Shown here piece after piece: positions 23,255 to 35,837 of a stretch of 64,000 nucleotides of DNA (position 1 is its first letter; the number at the start of each line of letters is the position of its first letter). The DNA is taken from positions 19,344,001-19,408,000 of the forward strand of contig NC_043022.1 in NCBI RefSeq assembly GCF_006345805.1, given 5' to 3'. The notes below the pieces were generated by a model that was given only the letters and a program-made list of their open reading frames with translations, made no database searches and was not told where the DNA came from. The stretch is from Octopus sinensis. Taxonomy: Eukaryota. The position numbers were made by a program, and so were the translations under genes.

Positions 23255-24655
23255 TTAGAAAAGCTCTCCGAGAGCGCAGACCTCCGCCAAGCAGCTCATT
23301 TCTACCCATATACACGCATGCTGAAAATTGTCCAATTTCCCAAACCAACGCCGGCAAAAACATAACCTTCGTGGAGGTACAACAAAATAACACAGCCATA
23401 TGATTTTAACAAAAAACCTTCTAGAAACAGGAATCATCTGAAACAGTAGTAATACATCAATGACAACAGCAAGCTAGTGTCACCATACAACTAAAAAGGA
23501 ACAACAATTACCTAAAACTTGAGTGATACACACACAACATCATGGTCAGAAAAGTAACAGTCGGTTACGGTGACGTGTGGATGCCGATCCTGGTTCACAT
23601 AAACATGATCTAGCAGGCTTCCATAGTTGGTGATGGGCTTTTGGACGAGTTGGTCGAATTCAAACTGGTTCACAATTATCAAGTTCTCATGGTTAGGGGA
23701 ATCAAGAAGATCCACGTTGAAATCACCAAGGACGATGGTCAGATTATTCCTTGGCAAAGATCTTATATTGATGATGCAGGATGGAGCAACTTGTACGGAA
23801 GGAAATCTGTAAATGGTGATGATATTGATTTTTGTCGACGAGATGGTCACCCCGACAACAGTGTACTCTAAGCCATTGACATTCAAATGTATATCAGTGG
23901 GGGCGATTTGCTTGGCAACAGTCATCACCCCACCTCCACGCCCCAGTGCAACAGGCCTGCCTGCTCTAGTGGTCTTCGACCACGTTAGGATGGATGCTTC
24001 ATGAGGATTTTGCTTCAAGAACGTTTCCACGAAACAAAACACATCAACATTTTGAAGAGTGTTGTCCGCTTTCAAGTCTTGTTCATGTTCAAAGAAGGCC
24101 ATGATATTGAGCAGGCTGATCTGCAGTCCTCCATGAGTAACTGTGGGAGAAGCAGAAGGCAAAGTTTCAGAGGGTGTTTGCTGTTGAAGCCAGTCCATTT
24201 CACGAACAACAGATGGACTAGTGTCGATTGTTTCGCTGCCGTTTGTTTAGGGAGTTTGATTTCTTTATCCATCAGTGTCTAGGAAGATAGATACGCGAGT
24301 AAAATTACTAATAGAGAAACGAAAATAAACTTTGGAAACAGTAACGCCACCATAGGTTACGTGAAAACGATGAACGTATTTTTGAAGGGAGAAAGTAAAA
24401 GAACGTAATATTGTAATACTTCATGTAAAATAAATAGAACAAATGAAAAATTCTTCAAGAACCCATAAAAATTCCCGGATCACTACCAAAATTTCATCAT
24501 CTATTTCTTCTGTCATTACCAACTTTTCTTACGAATTTCATCAAATACCGGTCAAAATTGTTTGAGTTATTTTGTATACAGAGAGGCAGACGGAGGGAAG
24601 GACGGACAAACCAACGCCGAAGAAAACATAAACTCCTTCCTTGGCAGAGGTAATA
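23255..24655 (-). mobile_element. 1.4-kb Helentron/Helitron2-like deletion derivative with both termini
   Basis: Subterminal inverted repeats acctccgccaag (23280-23291) and cttggcagaggt (24640-24651); 3' hairpin gctctc-c-gagagc (23263-23275); T-rich flanks; internal endonuclease ORF. Confidence 0.7.
23512..24198 (-). CDS. Apurinic-type (EEP/APE) endonuclease domain, 228 aa, as in the C-terminus of Helentron RepHel
   Basis: LLNI..DVFCFVETFL..GGGV..ITIYRFP..IVLGDFNVDL..QLVQKP..LLDHVYVN..YFSDHDVV. Confidence 0.85.
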   Translation of the reverse strand: MDWLQQQTPSETLPSASPTVTHGGLQISLLNIMAFFEHEQDLKADNTLQNVDVFCFVETFLKQNPHEASILTWSKTTRAGRPVALGRGGGVMTVAKQIAPTDIHLNVNGLEYTVVGVTISSTKINIITIYRFPSVQVAPSCIINIRSLPRNNLTIVLGDFNVDLLDSPNHENLIIVNQFEFDQLVQKPITNYGSLLDHVYVNQDRHPHVTVTDCYFSDHDVVCVSLKF

Positions 24656-24827
24656 AATCATTAAAAATTTCATCAGTGGCCAGCATATAAAAGTAGACCA
24701 ATTAAGGTAAAATCATATATATAATTATAATGAAGGGCATAGAGTTTGGGATCCCCGTTTATCACGTGTATGTGCTATTTTCTCACTTGCTTTAATATTA
24801 TTATTATTATTATTGCTGTTGTTGTTT

Positions 24828-24874
<47 letters not shown>

Positions 24875-25189
24875 GGGGAGACGCAATGGCCCAGTGGTTA
24901 GGGCAGCGGAGTCGCGGTAGTAGGATCGCAGTTTTTGATTTCAAGACCGGACATTGTGAGATTTTATTGAACGAAAACAGATAAAGCTCCACGAGGATCT
25001 GGCAGGGGGTGGTGTTGAACACTGCTGTACTATTTCCCCACACTTTCTCTCACTCTGTCTTCCTGTTTATGTTGTACCTGTAATTCAGAAGGGGCTAGCC
25101 TTGTCACACACTGTGTCACACTGAATCTCTCTGAGAATTACGTTAGGGGTACACGTGTCTGTGGAGTGCTCAGCCACTTACACGTTAAT
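24875..25189 (+). mobile_element. tRNA-derived SINE, family C
   Basis: Head gcaatggcccagtggttagggcagc; conserved body gtcacac..tgaatctc..ggtacacgtgtctgtggagtgctcagccact recurs at 28.2, 52.0, 53.5 and 57.3 kb. Confidence 0.75.
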
Positions 25190-25416
25190 AAATAGGGTGC
25201 GACGTCACTGGTGCCAAGCTGTATCGGCCTTTGCCTTTCTCTTGAATAACATCAGTGGTGTGGAGAGCGGAGGCTGGTATGCATGGGCGAGTGCTGGTCT
25301 TCCATGAACAGCCTTGCCCAGACTTGTGCATCGGAGGGTAACTTTCTATGTGTAATCTCATGATCATTCATGACCAAAGGGAGTCACAATTATTATTATT
25401 ATTATTATTATTATTA

Positions 25417-25472
<56 letters not shown>

Positions 25473-25590
25473 ATCATCATCATCGTCATCGTCATCATCA
25501 TCATCATCATTATTATTATTATTATTATTATTGAATGAGAGAGCAGTGCATGCCATCAAAATGACCCTGGGGTAAAATATGAATCAGGGC

Positions 25591-25637
<47 letters not shown>

Positions 25638-25941
25638 TATGTTTGACTTTTGCTTTATGTCTGTACAAGTTGGCTCCAGGTCTCACCCAGAGACCTCAAG
25701 AGACAACAGGTTGGAAGTTCTGTGCCATATATTTGGGGGGGGTCCCTTTTTTTTGGTGTTGTACTAGTGAATGTCTAATACATAAAAAAAAAAAAATTTT
25801 TTTAATAAAATAAATAAATAAATAAACAAAAAATTTTGTTTTAAACCTTGGGATTACATAGAGAGTATTTTGCGTCGGATATGAGCAGTTCCCATGGGCA
25901 CTATCTTTTGAATTTCTGCCATTTTGGGGTTTCCTGGTATC

Positions 25942-25945
<4 letters not shown>
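25638..25945 (-). mobile_element. Extreme 3' end of an R4/Dong-like LINE subfamily between (ATT)n tracts
   Basis: KIPGNPKMAEIQKIVPMGTAHIRRKILS* then a 3'UTR ending ..aaagtcaaacatag-aataat; the same UTR end occurs at ~31975-32080 and ~48340-48415. Confidence 0.65.
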
Positions 25946-25993
<48 letters not shown>

Positions 25994-26019
25994 CATTATT
26001 ATTATTATTATTATTATTC

Positions 26020-27270
26020 CTTCGTAACACAGTGTAGATAAAAATTCACCGCAGTATTTAGTCATCTGTCAAGTCACAACAAGGATCCCAGACAGATAAT
26101 ACTTTCCTTAAGATGTGCGCTGTGCCCAATATGGCTGCTTTTTGCAAGACATCAATCTTGCATGGAATTTCCAGTTACCTTAAGAAATCCTGTAGTTTCA
26201 ATGGCACTGCGCCCAACGCTCTGATCACCACTGGTATCACTCTTACATTACCCTCTCGCATTCTATATAGTGGTGCCATTCCCACTTTCAATACGGAGTA
26301 CTTGGTGATTATTTTCAACCTCTTTACTCACAACATTCATGTCATTTGGTATGACTACCACAATGATCTGACAGTATTTGTCTCTCTTATTTAATATGAC
26401 AACATCCGGCCGACGGTATTCGATTGCACGATCCATCTGAAAATCTTAGTCCCAGAGTATAGTTACTTTTCCATCCTCCTGTATAAGTTTACTTGGTACT
26501 TTCTCATACCAATTCTCTGTTACTTCATATTGGTTTTTACTGCATTAGAGCCAATGAAGGTACACACACACTTTATCATGGCGGCGCTTGTATTCTGTTG
26601 GTGGAAGGCTCTTACTTCCACTTACCAAGTGGGTCACATTTTCCACAGAGTCTGCATTCTTGGTTGTCAGAAGTTTTATAGATGTTGTACTTCACCGAAT
26701 TGGTAGCGAGAGCTTGGTCTTGTGCAGCAATGATCAGGCTTTCGGTAGTACGCTTCAAATCACCTCGCTCAAGCCATGCTCACAATGCTGTATTATCTTA
26801 ACATCTTGTGTATTCCTTTCAAACTGTCCATGCATTCTCATTTCATGAAGGTTTTCTTTTCTCTTTTCCTCAGCTCTTTAGTTAAACTCTTCCTTGCCAT
26901 CATTTCAAATGTATTTATACCCTTATCATTCGCGGCCTATTGCAGCAGCTCTTCATCTCTATTTATCAAATACTCGGCAAGCATTCTCATTTTACTCCTC
27001 TGTACTAATTAGTTCTCTGTCACCATTTCTTTCTTTTCACATACAGTCTTTTGACGTTTGATTTAGGGTGTATATCCCCCTGCAGCGTCATCAACTGTCT
27101 CGTCCTTCTATCCAGGGAGGTTATTTCCTCCTTAGTCCATTTGAGGATGGACGAACTATTACAGACCACCGCATCTGCCCAGCCTTTCATTGCTGTAATC
27201 AAATTTTTGGCATTCAGGTCGTATTTCAACACCATCTTCACCCCTTTTCAATACATCTCGTTGACCTTGA
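26020..27270 (-). mobile_element. R4/Dong-like LINE 3' portion (post-RT domain, zinc knuckle, RLE), degraded
   Basis: LKYDLNAKNLITA..WTKEEITSLDRRTRQLMT..HPKSNVKRLYVKR; TESLIIAAQDQAL..CRLCGK; EYKRRHDKV; flanked by (ATT)n. Confidence 0.85.
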
Positions 27271-27271
27271 C

Positions 27272-27337
<66 letters not shown>

Positions 27338-27516
27338 CCAGGATTGTGAGTGATAACAAACAGGGTATTTTTATGTTCATTTTCCCGTTTATCCTTAGTA
27401 TGAGTGTTTTTTCTACTTAGTGTAAGGGTGTAAATGCAAGGAAGAGTTTAAACACAGAGCTGAAGAGAAGAGGAAAGAAAACCTACTTGAAATGAGGATA
27501 TACATACATACATACA

Positions 27517-27549
<33 letters not shown>

Positions 27550-27629
27550 GCATATATATATATATATATATATGGTTAATCCAAACAAGAAAGCACATAA
27601 AAACACAACAACGCAAGGACGTGGAACAA

Positions 27630-27985
27630 ATGTAGTATTATTGGAGGCTCAGGAAAGAAGGAAAGAAGGAGGGTTCAACGTTTCGAGCGGAGCTCTTCGT
27701 CGGAAACATAGGAGAAGGAAAGATCCAGAGAAGGGAAGACAGAGGGAAAAAATCACCAGCGGTACACACGAGGTCATGTATGTATATATATATAGACACA
27801 CAAGTTAAACGCCTAGGATACAAATAGTCTGGGTCATGTGAAAGTCTCCTTTGTTGACGATTAGATTATTGCTTTCTTTGTACCAAATAGATTTGGAGTA
27901 TTTCTTCCGATGGAAATTTCTTGAGAGATATTTCAGACAATGGTCACTGTTGGATAATACATTGATACATTGAACTTCCTGTGGG
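27630..27985 (-). mobile_element. Penelope-derived 3' relic (possible endonuclease C-terminus plus hammerhead-bearing UTR)
   Basis: [22 protein letters not shown] resembles PLE endonuclease tails (weak); hammerhead at 27673-27707. Confidence 0.45.
27673..27707 (-). ncRNA. Minimal type I hammerhead (35 nt), U4C variant
   Basis: GUUU-CCGACGA-a-GAGC(ucc)GCUC-GAAA-CG-UU|GAAC: stem III is the loopless palindrome AACGUU, so it can form only as a dimer. Confidence 0.65.
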
Positions 27986-28159
27986 AGTAGATATATATAT
28001 ATATATATATAAAGATAGGGAGATAGATAAATGGATAGATAGATAGATATACATATATACATATATATACATATATGTGCATGTGTGTATACATATATAG
28101 GTATGTATGTATGTATGTATGTATTATGCGTGTGTGTATATGTGTGTATGTGTTTGTGA

Positions 28160-28472
28160 AGGCGCATGGCTTAGTGGTTACGCTATTAGACTCGTTGGGT
28201 CACGAGTTCGATTTCCGGCGGCACGCTTTGTCCATGAACAACACACTTTATTTCACGATACTCCAGTCCACTCAGCTGACGAAAATGAGTCGTACCTGTG
28301 TTTCAAGGGGCCAGCCTTGTCACACACTGTCTCACTGAATCTCCCTGAAAAGTATGTGAAGGGGTACGCGTGTATGTGGAGTGCTCAGCAACTCGCACGT
28401 TAATCTCACGAGCAAGTTGTTTCGTTGATCGGATCAATAGGAACACTTGTCGTCGTAAGCGGTGGAGTGCCA
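28160..28472 (+). mobile_element. SINE family C
   Basis: Head gcatggcttagtggtt, B-box gagttcgatt, conserved body. Confidence 0.7.
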
Positions 28473-28474
28473 GT

Positions 28475-28660
28475 GCAGTGTGTGTGCACTAGTTATAGGT
28501 GCATTGGGAACTATTCCGAAAGATTTGAACAGACGGATACAAGAAATAAGAATAAAACCCAGTTTAGCACAGCTCCAGAAAACAGTGTTATTAGGGACAC
28601 CTAGAATGCTTAGGAGGGTTCTTGGCATCTAAGGTCGTAGCCCGATGTTAAGACTTTTTC
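28475..28660 (+). mobile_element. R4-like LINE 3' tip
   Basis: LVIGALGTIPKDLNRRIQEIRIKPSLAQLQKTVLLGTPRMLRRVLGI*. Confidence 0.7.
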
Positions 28661-28724
28661 TTTTCCAACAGTCTAATCTGTTGCGTATATATGAAAATTA
28701 ATAATGATGATGATGATGATGATG

Positions 28725-28820
<96 letters not shown>

Positions 28821-29039
28821 TTGATGATGATGATTTCTTTATGGCCACAAGTGCTGAACACAAAAGAAATAGGGACAATACAATGAAAGGGACAAGAAAA
28901 TTTCTAACGGCAAAATCTCCAGTAGGGAAGAGTTTCACCCAAGACCAAACAAGCGCCCCCCCCCCCCGCATATCCTGATCACCCCGACTGTCAGGAGCAC
29001 CTCAAGAAGGCAGCACTCTTCCTCTCAAGTACCCTGTCC

Positions 29040-31060
29040 TACAAGCGTATGTTCAGAGAAGGCCGTTTCACACGGTACATTTCCGCCACATTCACCCATC
29101 TTTCAACGAAAATACTGGGTAAGGGCAGAACGTCCCAGTCTACCTTCACTCTCCTTTTCGAGTGGAACCTGAAAAAGTCGATGAGAGGATAGTCGAAGTG
29201 GAAAGTATCTGTCTTCAATCTTTTCAGTCTCATCTATGTACTACCTTCTTCGTCATAGCCATCAGACTGAGGAAAACTGTTTTTCTTTTCTGGCCAAAGG
29301 AAGGCGGCGGAGCTATATTCACGATGGACTCAGTTGATAACTGGATCCGTACTCTATACAACAACAGCTGCTCGATAAAGCTCCATAAGTCAGTAATGCA
29401 CGGATATTAGACGAGTGGATGTAGGATAGCTTCGTTGTCCTGTGCATATCTCGGATAGGTCACTCTGACAGCACTTCCGTATCTGTAGAGCTTTTCGCAA
29501 ACGGCAGAACTCTCTGGTAGCACTGCCAAGTTAGGAATTTCTGAAAGTTATCCATAGACCCAGAACTGAAAGTCTTCCGCAAAATATCAGTTAATTGATC
29601 CCACCTAGTGCCCAGAGTTTCTCCGAGGACGTCGTCACTCTTGCTCGCCAATAATCCCCTATAGAACTTCTTAGCGGAACTTTCACCTCTCGTAATGTCT
29701 GACTGGCAAAAAGCTGTGAGCGCTCACCAACACTCCAGGTGCCAAGCGCCTTTTCTTGGTTTACGCTTGATTCAGGATGAGCTTGACAAATAATGATCAC
29801 ACCTGCTCACCGTTAATTTAACGCAGGAGATGTAGTCTCAACGCATGTCTAAACATCAATAGCCACAGCATGCCCAGTCTTTCACTCAGCAGCTATTGGC
29901 AGCTGATGGGCGCTCTAACTGGTGGAACGCATTCCTCCTATAGAAAGTAGAAGACCAAGCGCTCCAGTGTCATCAGCCACGAAGCAGAGCGAGAGACGAC
30001 AGTTAGACGGTAGTAGATGACGGATGCGATTTATACATTCGCTACCGCTGCCAGACCTTCAGGGATGACTTCCTCTCTGCCCATTTCTGGGTGAGACTAG
30101 CCACCCTGCTCGTTACCTCACTTCATTTCTTGTCCTCCAGGAGGTCCAGACTAAACAAGATCCGAGTAATTTAACAGCTGTCGGTCGGCATGGACCTGAC
30201 TCTCCAGGTGCTGAGCAGCAGGCCCACCGACTTCTCTTGGTTAATCTTTGCTCCTGTTACAACTTTGCACTCCCTTAAGGCATTGATAACCACATCGGTT
30301 TCAGAGATGTCCGACAGTATTGCGCTGACTTAGAAACCGACACAAAATACCGCAATACTGCATCCAAGATCATGCAAGACGTCTCTTGAAACATCCAGCT
30401 TCCGCAACAGTTGCTCGAGAGCCAGTACGTACAGAAGAGGCGAGAGTGGGCATCCTTGACGGACCGAACGAGCGATGCTAAACGATTCCGATAGGTGGCC
30501 ATTTCCTTTGGTCACCGAGCAGATATCGATGTACATTGCAGCGATCCAGCCTCTGAAAACGAGTGCGAAACCTGCTTCTGCGAGAACAGCCTCCAGATAT
30601 TGGTGGTCAACTGTATCAAAAGTTTTTGATTGATTCAAATTGATCAGGGCCCCACCCATGTCAGGATATTTACCTAACCTCACTATGATGTAGCGGGTGA
30701 AGTGGTAGTTGTCGTGGGAAAATCTGTTTGGGATAGCGAGTGTCTGCGCTTCAACAACCAGTTTATCGAAGACAAGCATCAACCACTTGGCTAAAATCTT
30801 ATAATCTGCATTCAGCAAGGTTAAAGGCCTAAAATTATCAATCTTGTACCCCCTTATCGGGTCCTCTCTCAATAGCATCATCACTCCATGGTTCACAGCT
30901 CCGGAAATTTTTCCGTCCTACTGCCAGTTGTGCTAGACATCTGCCAAGAGATCACCGAACAAGTTTGACATATGAAAATAAAGCTCGAAGTGTAGACCAT
31001 CCAGCCCAGGAGATATCTCTATGGCACAGCTAGTAATTTCCCAGCTAGTTATGTCCTTTC
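29040..31060 (-). mobile_element. L1/Tx1-like LINE ORF2 relic (RT through C-terminus)
   Basis: NFRPLTLLNADYKILAK..LINLNQSKTFDTVDH..SVRQGCPLSPLLYVLALE; downstream MDNFQKFLTWQCY and ESIVNIAPPPS; many stops. Confidence 0.88.
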
Positions 31061-31079
31061 GAATAAAGAAACGATCGAA

Positions 31080-31330
31080 TTTAAAAAGTCAATGAAGCTG
31101 AGCAACACACAACTAAGCATACCAAAGGAAAGAATTAATGAACACCGGATTCCATTTCTCAATATGCACAATCTTGGGGTAGCGAACATTTTTCACTCCA
31201 TAAAAGCAAACTTACCAATACTTCTACAAAGCCTCAAATTTAAAAAAATCACTAAACGGCCATGTCGAGAATATCATGTTAAGAGCCTAAAGAGAATGCA
31301 TCATTTTATTGTTGGATTGCAATTTCAACG
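31080..31330 (+). mobile_element. Penelope-like RT thumb/linker fragment
   Basis: HRIPFLNMHNLGVANIFHSIKANLPILLQSLKFKKI resembles the PLE pattern IPFVxTHNP..IFxxIKxNLPIL. Confidence 0.5.
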
Positions 31331-31473
31331 TTTACTAATCGGTACAATTGAAACGCGTTGGTCTTAAATGCGGTGTATGATTATCGAATTAAAGGTAATG
31401 ATATTGCTACTTCAGAGTAATCCTTATATTTATATTGTCTACAACACACACACACACACATACACATGTATAT

Positions 31474-31507
<34 letters not shown>

Positions 31508-31600
31508 ATATATATTATATATATATATTATTTATTTATTATATATAAACATATTTATTTGTTTATTTATTTATTTATTTATTTATTCTTGTGGTTTCAG

Positions 31601-31716
31601 TTGAATTAGAATTTGCGGAAACAATGGGTGGAAATGTGGTAATAATCCAAAATAATGTCGTTGTAAATGTAGAATCACAAAAAGAACGTGGAGAATGGTG
31701 TTCTGGAAAGGAATAC
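31601..31716 (+). CDS. MIB2-like gene B exon 1 (Mib repeat 1, first half; divergent)
   Basis: ggtttcag|..|gtaggt; (x)ELEFAETMGGNVVIIQNNVVVNVESQKERGEWCSGKEY; QxxRGEW motif; phases 1/0. Confidence 0.7.
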
Positions 31717-31884
31717 GTAGGTGTTGCTTTCTCTCTTTTTAGCATTATGCTATCTGATGTCTGTTAATCAATGTAATTCATACTTATTCATACATAATTG
31801 TTATTATTATTATGATTATGATTATTATTATTATTATAATTATTATTATTATGATTATTATTATTATTATTATTATTATGATTA

Positions 31885-31960
<76 letters not shown>

Positions 31961-32339
31961 ATTATTATTATTTTATGTTTGACTTTTGCTTTACATTTGT
32001 ACAAGTTGACTCCAAGACTCACGCAGAGACCTCAAGTGACAACAAACTGGAAGTTCATGTTGGAAGTTCATGTTGGAAGTTCATGCCTAGGGTGTCATAT
32101 ATTTGGTTTTGTACATAGTATTGTTCTAGAGAATGTTTAAGAAACCATAAGAAAATTATGTTTGTTTTAAAAGATGTTTATTCTTTTTGACCGGTTTCAC
32201 TCTTTTATTAATAGATTGTCAAAATAAAATGTAAAGCTTTGTATGAGCTTTGTTGTGTTAAGTACTGGTTATCACAAAAGTATTAAAGTACAGATATTTC
32301 AATACATCCGCCCGTGCGGTACCTTACAAACTTATTTTG

Positions 32340-32384
<45 letters not shown>

Positions 32385-32486
32385 ATATATAATCAAGAGC
32401 AAACATCTAAGTCACAGGGAAATGAAAAATGATAACGGAAGCGAAATGAATGAATGGAATGAGTCTGAATAAGCTGACATACTAAC

Positions 32487-32600
32487 ATTTTCCAGAGCTG
32501 CTGGATTAAGGCACAACGTTTGGTTATGAGGGTTTTTATATTTCACTATTATATCGCCTGAAATATTCACAGATTCAACAATGCCGGTTTCTCCCACAAA
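32487..32600 (-). pseudogene. Complete copy of gene B exon 2 (Mib repeat 1, second half) in inverted orientation
   Basis: ttttcag|FVGETGIVESVNISGDIIVKYKNPHNQTLCLNPAALEN|gttagt; 114 nt, phase 0/0; compare MIB2 FIGQTGTV..GDVRVQF..HPGALTK. Confidence 0.85.
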
Positions 32601-32668
32601 CTGAAAATAAAGGAAGTAAAACAAAGATTAACACATTCACACACACATATATGCACATACACACAAAC

Positions 32669-32699
<31 letters not shown>

Positions 32700-32712
32700 T
32701 GTATGTATGTAT

Positions 32713-32780
32713 ATATAATAGTGAAATATGAAGACCATCATAACCAAACGTTGTGCCTTAATCCAGCAGCTCTGGAAAAG
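32713..32780 (+). pseudogene. 5'-truncated sense copy of gene B exon 2
   Basis: IIVKYEDHHNQTLCLNPAALEK|gttagt; the acceptor and 5' half are replaced by (TATG)n. Confidence 0.85.
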
Positions 32781-33123
32781 GTTAGTATGTCAGGCTATTC
32801 AGACTCATTCCATTCATTTCGCTTCCGTTATCATTTTTCATTTCTGTGTGACTTAGACGTTTGCTCTTGATTATACAAGCCAGCGTCAACGAATATTACG
32901 TGGATAAATTTGATTTCAAAGGCTTACTTTGACAACAGACTCATACCAACAAAATTTCTTCTCTGCTAAGTTCAACAGTTTAACAACATGGTAAAAAATC
33001 TGTGACAAATAATTCTTCTTTTCTGTCTCTCTTTTCTCTCTCTGCCCCCCCCCTCTCTCTCTCTCTCTCTGTCTTCCACCGTCTTTATCTTCCTCATGTT
33101 CCATTCAAATTTCTTTGATACAG

Positions 33124-33228
33124 GTTACCCAGTGGAGCGTTAAAGATAGAGTTAAGATACTTAGTGATGTCGAGAGAGTTAAAACTTATCAGGAATATCG
33201 TGGTGAATGGAATCCAGATATGAAATCG
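33124..33228 (+). CDS. Gene B exon 3 (Mib repeat 2, first half)
   Basis: gatacag|VTQWSVKDRVKILSDVERVKTYQEYRGEWNPDMKS|gtgagt; 105 nt, phase 0/0. Confidence 0.88.
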
Positions 33229-33992
33229 GTGAGTGAATTTCTTATGCTGTGCTGTCCCAAATTTAACCAGGCCCATCAAACATAATATAAATTGTCCCAC
33301 AGTCTGTATGCCCCCATCCACAATGAATATTCTCAGAAGAAATCAACTATTAAACTAAGCGAGTAATTGAAATGGATAGAGAATGTCTAAACAATGAGGT
33401 CTCAAATCCGATTTTGTATGTATTGTAAAAAATGTAAGCAGTGATACATACCAACTAATATAAAATTTAAATAAAGTTATTATTAAAGAAATAATATAAT
33501 ACTCACAGATATGTGTGTGTGTGTGTGTGATAGTGTATGTCTGATTGTGTATAAGTGTGCATGAGCGCGCATGTGTAAGTGTACAACATGGAAAGATATC
33601 TTCATATAAAATATTGTGCAATATAAATACTTTTATAAAAAATCATCTTTCCCACTAGATGATGTATTATAACTACCAAACGGCAATTAGACAATCTCCA
33701 TATGTGAGAGGGAACGAAGAATTCTCAAGAGTTGGCAAGGAAATGCATAGGCTTACTGTTGATAGATAAGAGGATAGTAATGGTCATATGTTTCTGGTTC
33801 AATTTCCGTCGGCGGCACGACACTTGGTTAGATAATATACATGTATAAAACAAGGATACGACAAGAGTAATATTTCAATGTAGCCAGTAGCATTTATAAC
33901 ATGTATAAATGCAACCTATCTATCTATCTATCTATCTATCGACATATATACATATATACGTACATACATACATACATACAGACAGACATACA

Positions 33993-34059
<67 letters not shown>

Positions 34060-34071
34060 ATGTGTGTGTGT

Positions 34072-34122
<51 letters not shown>

Positions 34123-34379
34123 ATGTTGTGTCTGGGGAGAGTAATTTTCTTTTTGTGCCTTGTAATACACTCTGTCAAAAGAGTCTTAGGATTTTTCTGT
34201 AGAAGGCAAAGAATTTATTTCTGCTGTCACGTATACAACAAATCAATACTTGAATTATAACATTTAGATACAAAGAAATAAATGAAAAGAGATAAGAAAA
34301 GATAAGAAAGAAAAGAAGAAAAAGGGGTAAAACAGAAAAAGACCGAGGGGAGGGGCTACGTCAGATCAAGTGGTGTGCT

Positions 34380-35130
34380 CAGATTAAATGATGCACTCAG
34401 TTGCTCCTTGCGGTAAGGAGCGCGATAGCGATACTGCGCAGAATGGCCAGCGACACTCGCTGCAACAACTGCTCCACCTCGCAGGGATCATTTTCCCAAT
34501 GGGCCGCCGCTATCTTGATTTTGCGGAGGAAACAGGTAGCACAGGGTCCGAGAATATCTTTCGTCTCAACGGCGACCGATTAGATCGTTGTATTTATTGA
34601 TTTTTCTCTCATCTGCGTTAAGGGCGGCAACTTTCGGGTTTGCAATCAATCCTGCAAAGTTGGAACCGGAGAACGTGTTGCTGCATGTCATGTGCCAGAC
34701 TATTGATCTTCCTCCCTCGAATGAGAAGAGGGTTATTCCGACAGAGCCCTGACTGTTCCTGGAGTCGAAGCCTGCTGGCTCAAGTTGAAACGGGAAACCA
34801 ATCGTGTCAAGGTCCCTTACAATTACGTTATTTAGAGCGGCGGGTCGGTGTATCGTTCCGCGCTAAGGCTACAGGATACTGGATGCAGGTCGAAATGGTT
34901 TTTCTCCTGGAATATGTCTTCAGAGTAGAATACATAACGCTCATACAGAATAGTTTTTCTCCTCCACATCTGGAGACAATTCAAGATGCAATTTAACTTT
35001 GTGGACAAAGCTTTTCTGAAGAGGCTATATCCAGAGAGGAATGAAGGGCGGCTGGAGGATGAGTGACGTCTTGAAGTATGCCGAAATATCAAGGATAAGC
35101 AGTGATATATGACTAAGTGCGTTGATGCAA
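34380..35130 (+). mobile_element. L1/Tx1-like ORF2 relic: endonuclease C-terminus and start of linker
   Basis: Degraded frames including ..ATGYWMQ (GYWKLN-like); coding-like composition in a repeat context. Confidence 0.55.
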
Positions 35131-35388
35131 GTTTGTTTGTTCAACTATATATTACTATAAAAGGCCAGATAGTGAATACTGGAACACATCTGGTCATGGG
35201 CATTCTGCAACAAGAACAACAATGGTGACTTGCATTGGTAATGGACATTGGCTCTGCCACTAGGGCCGTTAAAGATAAATATTCATATCGTTAATTTAAC
35301 CCTTTTAAGATGTTCTTATGTATTTCCATAAGACTTGGGTTATGGTTACAGTTTGACCTCATTTAGTATGTTGTTTGTATCTTTGTAG

Positions 35389-35529
35389 GTATTAGGTAAA
35401 ACTGGTATCATATATTGTATATTCCCTGATGGCGATTTAGTTGTATCGGTGTCTGGTAAACATTTGTATTCAATCCTCTGTGCTGCGAAAAGGTATCCGG
35501 AATTATGTTACCTGAGGAAGGAGACATCG
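35389..35529 (+). CDS. Gene B exon 4 (Mib repeat 2, second half) with an apparent 1-nt deletion at ~35463
   Basis: ctttgtag|VLGKTGIIYCIFPDGDLVVSVSGKH, then in the shifted frame (F)VFNPLCCEKVSGIMLPEEGDI(G)|gtaagt. Confidence 0.85.
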
Positions 35530-35837
35530 GTAAGTTTTTTAACTTTTTCGTTTTTCTTCACACTTTTTATAGATACATGAATGGGGGAACAAGATATATG
35601 AATTACTTCTGCGGTTTTTATTTTGATTTCTTGTGAATTCTTTGATTATACAATACTAAAAGATAACTTGCATTGTAGATTATTATTTTATTATTAATTA
35701 CGTAAGCAACGCGGTGAGAACGCAGAATCGTTAGCAATGCTTCGAAGCATTTCGTCTGTCTTTATGTAGATTTCAAATTCTGCCGAGGTTAACTTCGACT
35801 CCATCTTGCCGAGTTCGATAAGTACCAGTTATCTTTT

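Noticed and set aside
33094-33321. Minus-strand ORFs sharing THRFH here and at 41215-41412
   Set aside because: They are antisense shadows of the plus-strand Mib-repeat exons and their gtgagt donors.
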